Position numbers and translations under genes: made by a program
The notes under the pieces: generated by a model
What the model was told of the DNA's origin: nothing
Seen by the model: only the letters and a program-made list of their open reading frames with translations
The model's database searches: none
Shown: positions 9,684-19,450 of the stretch, in pieces
How positions within the stretch are numbered: the first letter of the stretch is position 1
Layout of the letters: each line of letters begins with the position of its first letter
Origin: an uncultured delta proteobacterium
GTDB lineage: Bacteria; Myxococcota; UBA727; VGSZ01
Assembly: GCA_963775425.1 (NCBI GenBank)
Contig: CAVZJB010000011.1
Span: forward strand, 736,001 to 800,000
DNA: 64,000 nt
Reading direction: 5' to 3'

Positions 9684-12014
9684 TCACACGTCGACGTCGA
9701 AGCCGTCGTCGTCGTCGACGCGGACGATCTTCTTCGTCGCCCCCTGCGGCGCCGGCGGCGCCGGACCGAGATCCAGCGGCGCGGGGATGCGCGACGCCGA
9801 GGTCGTGATGGGGCGCGCGTCCGTCGTCGTCGTGATGGGCCGCGGCGTGTGGCTCGACGTGATGGGCCGCGGCGTGAGCTTCGACGTGATGGGCCGCGGG
9901 CTCGACGCCGAGGTGATGGGCTTGCCCGTCACGGGGTCGATGCGCTTGCCGCACAAGGGGCGCGCCCAGCCGGCGACGTCCACGGGCGGCCGCGTCGCGA
10001 GCAGCTCCTCGAGCTCGAGCTGGAGCTCCTGCGCGCTCACCGGCCGCTCCTCGGGATCCTTGGCGGCGGCGCGCATGATGAGCCGATCGAGCGCCTCGGG
10101 CACGCCGGCCTCGGGCGCCATGGTCGACAGCGGCGGCAGCGGGTCGTGCAGGATGGCCGACATCGTCTCGTACGTGTCCTTGCGCGAAAACGGGGTGCGC
10201 GCGAGCGCGGCGTAGACGGTCATCGCCATCGCGTAGATGTCGCTGCGCTCGCTCGCCGGCTTGCCGCGCAGCACCTCGGGCGCGAGGAAGGGGATCTTGC
10301 CCTTCACCGACTTGCTGTCCTCCTCGTGCGAGTCCATGGCGCGGGCGATGCCGAAGTCCGAGAGCTTCACGTCTCCCATGCGGCTCACGAGGATGTTCTG
10401 CGGCGACACGTCGCGATGGAGGATGGGCGTGGGGTTGCCCAGGCGATCGCGCGCGGTGTGCGCGGCGTGCAGCCCCGCGCACGCCTCGGCAACCACGCGA
10501 CACACGATGTCGACGCTCACCGGCATGCTCTGTTGCCGGCCGCGCTTCACCAGATCGCCGAAGTCGAGCCCGTCGACGTACTCCATGGCGAGGTAGAGGT
10601 CGTCGGTGCTCTTGCCCACCGTGTAGATGCGCACGACGTTCGGGTGCTGCACGCGGCGAGCGAGGCGAGCCTCCTCGAGGAACATCTGCGAGAAGCTGCC
10701 GTCGGCGCGCAGCTCCGGCAGGATGCACTTGATGGCGACCAGCTTGGTGGGGTCGTCGGTCGCGCGCCCGCGGAACACCTCGGCCATGCCGCCGACGCCG
10801 ACGCGGTCGAGGATCTCGTAGGCGGCGGCGGCGCCGCGCGCGCGCGGCGGCATGCGCGACAGGTACGCCTGCTCCACCTTGGGCCGCAGCTCCTCCACGC
10901 GGGACAGGAGGTAGGGGCGGTTGGGCCCGGGAGGGATGGCGCGCGGATCGAGCTCCGCGAGCCGCTGCTGGTAGCAACGCTCGATCATGGCCGGGCCCGC
11001 GGAGCCCTCGATGCCGAGCACGGCCGCGGGATCGGTCTCGGGCTTGATGTCGAGGTAGAGCGAGAGGATCTCGGCGCCGCCCTTGCCCGGCAGCGCCGCG
11101 AGCTGCGAGAGCTGCTGGGCGTCGGCCTGCACGAGCGCGGCCCGCTGCGCGTTCGCCTTCTGCCGCCGCCGATCCACCTCCGACGCCGGCGGCGGCGCGT
11201 GCAGGAGCCTCATCACGCCGGTGTCGGCGAGCGTGCGCAGGACGAGGCCGCCCATGAGCGGATCGAGCCCCAGCCGCGCGCAGACGTCGGCCACCGTGCG
11301 TGTCCCGTCGACGACGTCGGCGAGGTCGGCGTGGGAGGTGAACGCGCGCAGGCGCGAGGTGGCGTCGGCGAAGCCGAGCTGCGGGACGGCGTACAGCGCG
11401 CCCATCTCCCCGGACAGCCGCATGAGCGCCTCGGGCGGCGTGGCCCGCCGGCGGGCCTCGAGGACGAGGCCGAACGGGTTGACGGCGGTCAGCGGCGTGG
11501 AGGCCGCGAAGCGCTCGCCGTCGAAGAAGGCCCACGCCCCCGCCTGCGCCGACAGCAGCGCCCGCGAAAATTCGCGCACCTCCTCGCGGAGCGCTTCGAG
11601 CACCGCCACCGGGTTCGAGCGGCGCGAGAGCGCGGCGAAGAGGTTCTTGCCCATGCCGGGCCGCGGCGGCGACGGGGCCTTGAGCGGCCCGCGCGCGGCG
11701 AGGCGGCGCTCCAGGGCGGCGCCGTCGGCCGCGGCGACGTGCACCGGCTCACCCGCGAAGAAGTAGAGGGCCCCGAGCGGCCCCGGCATCCCTTCGACCA
11801 CCAGCCGTCCGGAGCGCTCGCCGAGGAACAGCTCCAGGAGCAGCTTCGGGCCGGCGCTGCCGCCGAGGGGGCCGGTGAGGGACGGCCCGTCCGCCTCCTC
11901 GAAGACCGGCCTCGACGGCCCGGTCTCTGACTCCGGCTCAGCGTTCCCTTCGGCGCTCGGCTGCCTCGGCTTGGCGAGGCGCACGATCTTCAGACCCACG
12001 CTTCTGTGTCGCAC
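9684..12014 (-). CDS. Ser/Thr protein kinase with N-terminal DUF4388-like and J-like domains
   Basis: Intact kinase motifs GVGGMAEV, VAIK, HRDVSPQN, DFG, FLAPE. N-terminal SGRLVV...LYFFAGEPVH and VLGI...IERCY...LDPR. The start may instead be the GTG at 11999. Confidence 0.85.
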   Translation of the reverse strand: MRHRSVGLKIVRLAKPRQPSAEGNAEPESETGPSRPVFEEADGPSLTGPLGGSAGPKLLLELFLGERSGRLVVEGMPGPLGALYFFAGEPVHVAAADGAALERRLAARGPLKAPSPPRPGMGKNLFAALSRRSNPVAVLEALREEVREFSRALLSAQAGAWAFFDGERFAASTPLTAVNPFGLVLEARRRATPPEALMRLSGEMGALYAVPQLGFADATSRLRAFTSHADLADVVDGTRTVADVCARLGLDPLMGGLVLRTLADTGVMRLLHAPPPASEVDRRRQKANAQRAALVQADAQQLSQLAALPGKGGAEILSLYLDIKPETDPAAVLGIEGSAGPAMIERCYQQRLAELDPRAIPPGPNRPYLLSRVEELRPKVEQAYLSRMPPRARGAAAAYEILDRVGVGGMAEVFRGRATDDPTKLVAIKCILPELRADGSFSQMFLEEARLARRVQHPNVVRIYTVGKSTDDLYLAMEYVDGLDFGDLVKRGRQQSMPVSVDIVCRVVAEACAGLHAAHTARDRLGNPTPILHRDVSPQNILVSRMGDVKLSDFGIARAMDSHEEDSKSVKGKIPFLAPEVLRGKPASERSDIYAMAMTVYAALARTPFSRKDTYETMSAILHDPLPPLSTMAPEAGVPEALDRLIMRAAAKDPEERPVSAQELQLELEELLATRPPVDVAGWARPLCGKRIDPVTGKPITSASSPRPITSKLTPRPITSSHTPRPITTTTDARPITTSASRIPAPLDLGPAPPAPQGATKKIVRVDDDDGFDVDV
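9800..9920 (-). repeat. Coding 21-bp repeats (RPITS/RPITT) in the kinase C-terminal tail
   Basis: gtgatgggc-like core repeated five times at ~21-bp spacing. Confidence 0.7.
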
Positions 12015-12082
12015 ATCACCTCGGCCACGGAAACCGCGGCTGGATCCGAGCGTCAGGCCGGACCCGAGGGGTGTGCCTTTGC

Positions 12083-13534
12083 CTACTCGCCTTCGCCCTC
12101 GCCCTCTCCTTCGCCTTCGCCTTCTCCTTCGCCTTCGCCTTCGCCTTCGCCTTCGCCTTCGCCCTCGCCTTCACCTTCGCCCTCGCCCTCGCCTTCGCCT
12201 TCGCCTTCGCCGGCGATGCGGGTGGCGCCCTGGGCCATCCAGGTCTCGAGGATGACGGCGTCGGGGACGTTGATGTTGGGGAACGAGGCGTTCGGGTGGA
12301 CGTCCGGCGGGTTCTCGAGGAGGGGCCGGGTGATGAGGAGCGCGTCGAGGGGGCTGTCGACGCAGACGCGCTTGGGCGCGCCGCCGGCGCAGGTGGTGCC
12401 GCCGGCGACGAGCGCGTTGTAGACGTCGTCGGGGAGGCCGTTGAAGATCATCGGCGGCGTGCCCACGGCGCCGACGCCGCCGAGGGTGTGGCAGGCAGTG
12501 CAGCTCTGCCGCGTGAACACGGGCAACACATCGGCCTCGAAGTCGACGGTGCCGAGCGGCGGCGGCGTGGTCGGCGGCGCCATCGTCACGTAGCCGAGCG
12601 ACGACGCGAGCAGGTCGACGGTCTCGTCCTGGAAGGAGGGCACGGTGACGGTGGCGAGGCCGGCGCCGGTGCCGGCGGCGTTTCGCAGCTTGAAGACGAC
12701 GAAGCGGCCGGTGGCCGTCGACGCGTCGTTGGCCGGGTTTCCGACGTAGACGCCCTGCACGTCGTCGAGGAAGCAGATGTTGGCGGGGTCGGTGTTGGGG
12801 TTGCCGTCGATGCTCACCACGATGTCGCTCTTGGGGACGTTGGCGACGCCGTCGGCCTCGTTGTCGCTGCCCGCCGGCGCGAGGCGCCCGAAGATGGCGG
12901 AGAAGACGACGAAGTCGGGGCTGTCGACGGCCTCGGCGAGCGAGGCGTACAGGCCGCAATCGACGGCCATCTGCGCGAGCTGTCCGAACTCGAGGTAGCG
13001 CTGGTTGAGCGTCTGCGCGGCGGTGATGCCTGTGGAGCGAACCACGCGGTTCGAGTAGCCCGACGGGATCGGGTGCGGCGTGTCGGCGATGATGACCTGC
13101 TCGGGCTGGCCGCCGGGCAGGTAGCGCAGCTCGAGGGCGAGCGCCGACTGCAAGGGCATCGCGGGCAGCGAGTAGAAGCCGCTGATGTCCGTGGGAGCGG
13201 AGGCGGCCGGCGGGTTGCCGACGTTGAGCGCCGTGACCGTGACCTGGTCGAGGAGGTGGCCGCCCCGGAGGACGAACTGACCTTCGGCGACGACGCCGCT
13301 GACGTCGACCTCGGTGACGACGTCGCCCTCGCCTTCCCCTTCTCCTTCGCCTTCGCCTTCTCCTTCGCCCTCGCCCTCGCCCTCTCCTTCGTCGCCCTCG
13401 CCTTCGCCTTCCCCCTCGCCGCTGGGAGGTGCGGGCGGGTCGACCACTTGCGGGGTCTCCGGACATCCGGTGAGAGAGAACGCTCCGGCCGAGAGGAGCG
13501 CAAGACAAGCGAGCCGCAAGGTTTCATGGCGCAT
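12083..13534 (-). CDS. Lipoprotein with two (GE)n tracts and one CxxCH heme c motif
   Basis: ATG 13534 MRHETLRLACLALLSAGAFSLTGC (lipobox LTGC); VDFEADVLPVFTRQSCTACH; ends in ~20 GE repeats directly before the stop. Confidence 0.85.
   Translation of the reverse strand: MRHETLRLACLALLSAGAFSLTGCPETPQVVDPPAPPSGEGEGEGEGDEGEGEGEGEGEGEGEGEGEGEGDVVTEVDVSGVVAEGQFVLRGGHLLDQVTVTALNVGNPPAASAPTDISGFYSLPAMPLQSALALELRYLPGGQPEQVIIADTPHPIPSGYSNRVVRSTGITAAQTLNQRYLEFGQLAQMAVDCGLYASLAEAVDSPDFVVFSAIFGRLAPAGSDNEADGVANVPKSDIVVSIDGNPNTDPANICFLDDVQGVYVGNPANDASTATGRFVVFKLRNAAGTGAGLATVTVPSFQDETVDLLASSLGYVTMAPPTTPPPLGTVDFEADVLPVFTRQSCTACHTLGGVGAVGTPPMIFNGLPDDVYNALVAGGTTCAGGAPKRVCVDSPLDALLITRPLLENPPDVHPNASFPNINVPDAVILETWMAQGATRIAGEGEGEGEGEGEGEGEGEGEGEGEGEGEGEGEGEGEGEGEGE
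12086..12211 (-). repeat. (GE)n coding hexamer repeat at the C-terminus
   Basis: ttcgcc/ctcgcc hexamers with synonymous variation. A second tract lies at ~13325-13420. Confidence 0.95.
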
Positions 13535-13762
13535 GACAACAGAGTGCGAGATCACGCAAGCCCTCCGCAATCCGTCGGAGGGATGGATCTGGCCACACAT
13601 CGGCCATACGGAGGACACTCTGGTGCCATTTCGCGTGAGCCTTGTCACATGCTCCTACATCTGCCGACGCGCAAGCGCGGGAGCGGCCGGGGGGCATCGT
13701 CGTCGGCGGGTCCCTTTTGCGGCCGTGGACATGCGCTCCGGAGAGCCCTTAACGTCGCGCGC

Positions 13763-14635
13763 ATGAGGACCTTCATCCGCACCAAAAATATCGCCATCCT
13801 CGTCGTCATCACCGTCGTCGCCGCGTCGGGCTGCGTCTCGAAGGGGGACTACGAAGCGCTGCAGAAGGACCGCGACGCCACCAAGGCCGCGCTGCAACAG
13901 ACCCAGCAGGCGCTGACGCAAGCGCAGGCCCGCGGCGACGACGAGGCCGCGCAGCTCAAGAAGCTCACGGACGCGCGGGACCAGCTCCAAAAGGACCTGT
14001 CGGCACGGCAGGCGGACCTCGAGGCGCAGCAGGCGGAGCTCGCGGGCGTGATGAAGGACAAGGCCAAGCTCAAGTCGTCCGTCGAGGACATGAAGCAGGC
14101 GATGGCCGACCTGGCCAAGCGCAAGGCGCAGGCGGACCAGCGCATCTCGGAGTTCAAGAGCCTCGTCGACCGCTTCAAGAAGCTCATCGACGCCGGCAAG
14201 CTGCGCGTGAAGATCGTCGAGGGGCGCATGGTGGTGGAGCTGGCCACCGACATCCTGTTCGACTCGGGCTCGGCGCGGCTGTCCAAGGACGGCAAGGCGT
14301 CCATCGAGGAGGTCGCGGCGGTGCTCGGCGGCATCGAGAACCGTCGCTTCCAGGTGGAGGGCCACACCGACAACGTCCCGATGCACACCGCGCAGTACCC
14401 GTCCAACTGGGAGCTGGCGGCGGCGCGCGCGGTGAACGTCGTGAAGGCGATGGTCAGCGCGGGCATGCCGCCTGAGCGCATCTCCGCCGCGAGCTACGCG
14501 GAGTTCAAGCCCGCGCAGCCGAACGACACGCCCGAGGGAAAGGCCTCCAACCGCCGCATCGAGATCGTGGTCGTGCCCGACCTCTCGTCGCTGCCGGGCT
14601 TCGAGGAGCTTCAGAAGGCCTCGGTGGGCACGTAG
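13763..14635 (+). CDS. OmpA/MotB-family lipoprotein with coiled coil
   Basis: Lipobox ASGC, coiled coil, ILFDSGSA, VEGHTDNVP, SNWELAAARA, NRRIEI. No motA nearby. Confidence 0.9.
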   Translation: MRTFIRTKNIAILVVITVVAASGCVSKGDYEALQKDRDATKAALQQTQQALTQAQARGDDEAAQLKKLTDARDQLQKDLSARQADLEAQQAELAGVMKDKAKLKSSVEDMKQAMADLAKRKAQADQRISEFKSLVDRFKKLIDAGKLRVKIVEGRMVVELATDILFDSGSARLSKDGKASIEEVAAVLGGIENRRFQVEGHTDNVPMHTAQYPSNWELAAARAVNVVKAMVSAGMPPERISAASYAEFKPAQPNDTPEGKASNRRIEIVVVPDLSSLPGFEELQKASVGT

Positions 14636-14755
14636 GCGGGGCCGACGCGGCGCCGTGGGTGGGGCGCCGTGTCCCCGGGACCGACGCGGCGCCCTGGAGG
14701 CGAGCGCCGGGGATCCCCCGCGCCAGGGGCGACTTCGGGTGCTAGCAAGCCCGCC

Positions 14756-15856
14756 ATGCGCGCTCTCGTCCCCGCAATGCTCGTGCTCGCGCTGGTGGCC
14801 TGCGGCCCCACCGGTGGGTCGCGCGACGCGGCGGACGCAGGCGACGCCGCGCTCGCGGGCGACACCTCCGGCGCCGGCTCGGTCGACGCGGGCTTGGTCG
14901 ATACACGCGACGCGGGCTCGGTCGTTCCAGGCGACGATGCAGGCGACGCGGGCCCGGTCGATCCAGGCGACGCGGGCTCCGTCGACACAGGCGACGCGGG
15001 CTCGGTCGACGCGGGCTCGGTCGACACGGGGGCCGACGCCGGCGTTGCCCCCTGGCGCACGTCGCTGCACCGATGCTGGAACGACGCGAGCTGCGCGCGG
15101 GTGATGGCGGTCGGGCACGGCGGCGCGTGGGACACGTCGTCGGCGCCGTACGACTCGAACGCGGCGCTCCAGGCCGCGTTCGACGGCGACGTCGACGGCG
15201 TGAAGATCGACGTGCGCGTCACCGCCGACGACGTCCCCGTCATCTCGCACTCGAGCCCGCTCGAGATCTACGAATCGCTCGACTGCTACAACCGGCGCAT
15301 CGAGGAGATGACCGCGGACGAGGTCACCGCGTGCCACCGCGTGCCGTCGCACACCGAGACCTTCCAGCGCCTCGACGACGTCCTCGACTGGCTGCGCGGA
15401 AAGATGGTGGTCCAGCTCTGCGTCAAGCGCTCGCAGGACTACCAGCGCACCATCGACGAGGTGCACGCGCAACACGCCGAGGACTACGCGTTCATCGAGA
15501 TCTCCCCGGACGAGATGGTGAACCAGGTGCCCACGCTCGACGACGCCGGCGACATCTACTTCCTCATCAACGCCGCCTCCGACCTCTCCGCCGTCGACAG
15601 CGTGCTCGCGTTGAACGATCCGCGCGCCTTCATGATCGAATTCAATCCCACCGTGGACCTGGGCGACCTCGTCACCACGCGCCTGCACCCCGCCGGCGTG
15701 CGCGCCTTCACCTACGACGACGGCTCCATCGTCACCAAGGCGCAGCTCGAGGCCCACTTCGACGCCGGCTTCGACGTCGTCTCCGCCAACGCCGCCCTCC
15801 GTGACGTCGAGGCCCGCGTCGACGCCAACCAGGCCCGCGGCGTCACGCCTCCGTGA
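14756..15856 (+). CDS. Glycerophosphodiester phosphodiesterase-family lipoprotein
   Basis: Lipobox LVAC, DAG-repeat linker, GHGGA, KIDVRVTADDVPVISH. Confidence 0.75.
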   Translation: MRALVPAMLVLALVACGPTGGSRDAADAGDAALAGDTSGAGSVDAGLVDTRDAGSVVPGDDAGDAGPVDPGDAGSVDTGDAGSVDAGSVDTGADAGVAPWRTSLHRCWNDASCARVMAVGHGGAWDTSSAPYDSNAALQAAFDGDVDGVKIDVRVTADDVPVISHSSPLEIYESLDCYNRRIEEMTADEVTACHRVPSHTETFQRLDDVLDWLRGKMVVQLCVKRSQDYQRTIDEVHAQHAEDYAFIEISPDEMVNQVPTLDDAGDIYFLINAASDLSAVDSVLALNDPRAFMIEFNPTVDLGDLVTTRLHPAGVRAFTYDDGSIVTKAQLEAHFDAGFDVVSANAALRDVEARVDANQARGVTPP

Positions 15857-17028
15857 TCAGGGAGATCGTCGCATGAGCCATTCCCACCCGCTGCTCGTCG
15901 TTCTCCTCGGCGCTGGCGCCTACGTCGGCGTGCTCACGGTCATCGTCCTCCTCGCCGTGCGCTGGTCGCGGCGCGTGTTGAAGCACAAGTCCGACGCGTT
16001 CGCCGGCGGGCTCGGGAGCGACGCGCGTCTGGTCGGCGAGACCGCCCTCCAGGCCCGTTACCACGGCTTCGAGCGCGAGTACGACGTCGACGGACAGCGG
16101 GTCTTCGTGCGGTCCCGTTACGTCGGCCGCGACTTCGTCCGCACCGATCTGCGGGTGACGGCGCGCCCGTGCCCCGCCGTGGTGCTCTATCCCGAGCACG
16201 CGCTGCAGCGCTTCGGCAAGGCCATTCGCCTCAACCGCGAGGTGCAGCTCGGCGACGGCGCGTTCGACGACGCCGTCTACATCGACACCGCCGAGACCGA
16301 CGACGACAAGGTGAAGCGCCTGTTGTCCGCGGAGGCGGTGCGCGCCGGCGTCCGCGAGCTGCTCGCGCTCGGCTACAAGGTGCAGTTCTCCATGAACGGC
16401 ATCTCCGCGTTCCGCGTCGCCTACGCGCTCAAGGCCGCGGACGGCTCGGGCTCCCGCGCGGCCGTCGCCGTCTTGAAGACCCTGGCCGAGCACGTGCCGT
16501 CCTTCGACGCCGCCACGCTGGCGCCCGCGTCCAAGGGGAGAAGCGTCCTCCTCGGCGCCGCCGTCGTCGTCCCCGCCTTCGCCGGCGTCATGGCCGCGGC
16601 GGCGGCGGACGCGAGCGGCGGCCATTTGCTCGACCCGAGCGGCGTCGGCGAGGCGTTCTTGATCGGGCTTGGGTGCTGGCTCGTCTATCTCGCGGTCCTC
16701 GTCCTCGCCGTGCGCGGGACTTCGCGCGCGCTCACCGTCGTGCTCGTCGCCGGCGGCATCGGGCTGTTCGGCGTCCCCATCCTCGGCGCGGTCACGCCGC
16801 TGATGCTCAACGAAGCGCTCGACCACAGCCCCGCCGTCTCCCACTGGGCGGCGGTCCGCCGCCTCGACCGCCACAGGCATCACGAGATCCGCGTGGCCTC
16901 CTGGCGCACGCCCGGGCGCGAGGAGACGGTCCGCGTTCCCACCGCCGTCTATCGCGGGCTGAAGCTCGGCGACGAGGTCAACGTCCGCGTCCACCCGGGC
17001 CGCTTCGGCTGGGCGTGGGCGGAGCCCG

Positions 17029-18075
<1,047 letters not shown>

Positions 18076-18128
18076 GCCGCGTCCTACCGCGGGGTCTCGC
18101 CCCGCGCGAGCGGCGCTATGGTGGTCGC

Positions 18129-19289
18129 ATGGCTCTCGCCCGCGCCGCCGGCGGCCCGCCGCACAGCCCACGCTCCTCGTGCGCGTCCGGCGCGGCGCGC
18201 TCGCCGTGCGCGTCCGGCGCGGCGCGCTCGTCGTGCGCGTCCGGCGGGGGGCGCCGGCGCGGCGCGGGCGTGCCGGCCGCGGCGCTCATCGCGCTCGCCG
18301 CCCTGCTCGCGCCCGCGGCCGGCGCCGAGGAGGTCCCCTGGGCCGGGTCCATGCGCGAAGAGCTCGTCAACCTCCTCGCGGACCACGGCGGCCGCCTCGA
18401 GGTCTACGTCGAGGACCTCCGGCGCGGGACCACGTTCGCCGTCAACGCGGACCGCCCGGTGTACCTCGCGTCGTCGGTGAAGCTGCTCGTGCTCGTCGAG
18501 GTGTTCCGCCAGCGCGACGCCGGCGCGCTGTCCCTGGACGAGGGCCTGTATTACGGCAGGAAGGACATCCGCGACGGCGCGCCCGCCATGAACCGCAAGC
18601 GCGTGGGCAAGCGCTACAAGGTGCGCGACCTCGTCACCTACATGATCCGCGACAGCGACAACGCCGCCACCGACCTGCTGATGAAGCGGGTGGGGCTCGA
18701 CAACATCGAGCGCGGGCTGACGCGCGACGGCATCGGCGGCGTCGGCCCGCTCGTCAGGATGGTCCACCTGCGCCGCTCCGTGTATCGCGCGCTCGATCCG
18801 CGCGCCGACCACCTCGACGCCGTCGAGCTTCGCGACGTCCTTTGGCGCGATCACCACCACCCGCGCCTCGATCTCCTGAAGAAGCACATCGGCAAGCCCT
18901 GGGGCGACTACGACCTTGCCGACCTCGACGCCGCCTACGACGCCTACTACGAAACGGGCGTGAACCACGCGTCCATGCGCGCCATGGGCACCGTGCTCGG
19001 GCGCATCGTGCGCGGCACCATGGTCTCCCGCCGCGCCAGCGCCGACATGCTGCGCGAGCTCGAGCACGTGTGGAGCAGCGGCAACCGCATCGACGGCGTC
19101 ATCCCCGCCGGCACCCGCCTCGCGCACAAGACCGGCACCCAGCGCCGGCGCATCGTCGACGCCGCCGTGGTGTGGCTGAAGGACGGCACGCCGCTCGTGA
19201 TGTGCATCGCGGTCCAGGGGCTGAAGCAGGACGACGCCGAAGCGCTGCTGCGCGCCGTGGCCACGCGCATCTTCGAGCGAGCCGGGTAG
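18129..19289 (+). CDS. Class A beta-lactamase-like serine hydrolase
   Basis: SSVK (SxxK), SDN, HKTG. Start is ATG 18129 (TATGGT-N6-ATG) or GTG 18270; a 27-bp repeat occurs three times at ~18172-18245. Confidence 0.85.
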   Translation: MALARAAGGPPHSPRSSCASGAARSPCASGAARSSCASGGGRRRGAGVPAAALIALAALLAPAAGAEEVPWAGSMREELVNLLADHGGRLEVYVEDLRRGTTFAVNADRPVYLASSVKLLVLVEVFRQRDAGALSLDEGLYYGRKDIRDGAPAMNRKRVGKRYKVRDLVTYMIRDSDNAATDLLMKRVGLDNIERGLTRDGIGGVGPLVRMVHLRRSVYRALDPRADHLDAVELRDVLWRDHHHPRLDLLKKHIGKPWGDYDLADLDAAYDAYYETGVNHASMRAMGTVLGRIVRGTMVSRRASADMLRELEHVWSSGNRIDGVIPAGTRLAHKTGTQRRRIVDAAVVWLKDGTPLVMCIAVQGLKQDDAEALLRAVATRIFERAG

Positions 19290-19450
19290 CGGGCCGCGCG
19301 GCTCGAACGGCCCGCCGGTCGCCCTCGCGGCCGCGCGGGACGGCGCGGAGCGTCATGCGGCGCGTTGCGTCGGCGGCGGCGCCGTGTCGACGACGACCAA
19401 CGGCAAGGACCGCCGTTGCGCTTTGCCCGCGCGAATGCTCGCGTGGCGTC

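Noticed and set aside
12006-12422. (SP)n and (AF)n repeat ORFs on the plus strand
   Set aside because: Antisense readings of the (GE)n tract of the lipoprotein.
13763-14635. Flagellar motB call
   Set aside because: Lipoprotein with a coiled coil, no MotB TM Asp motif and no motA; left as OmpA/MotB family.
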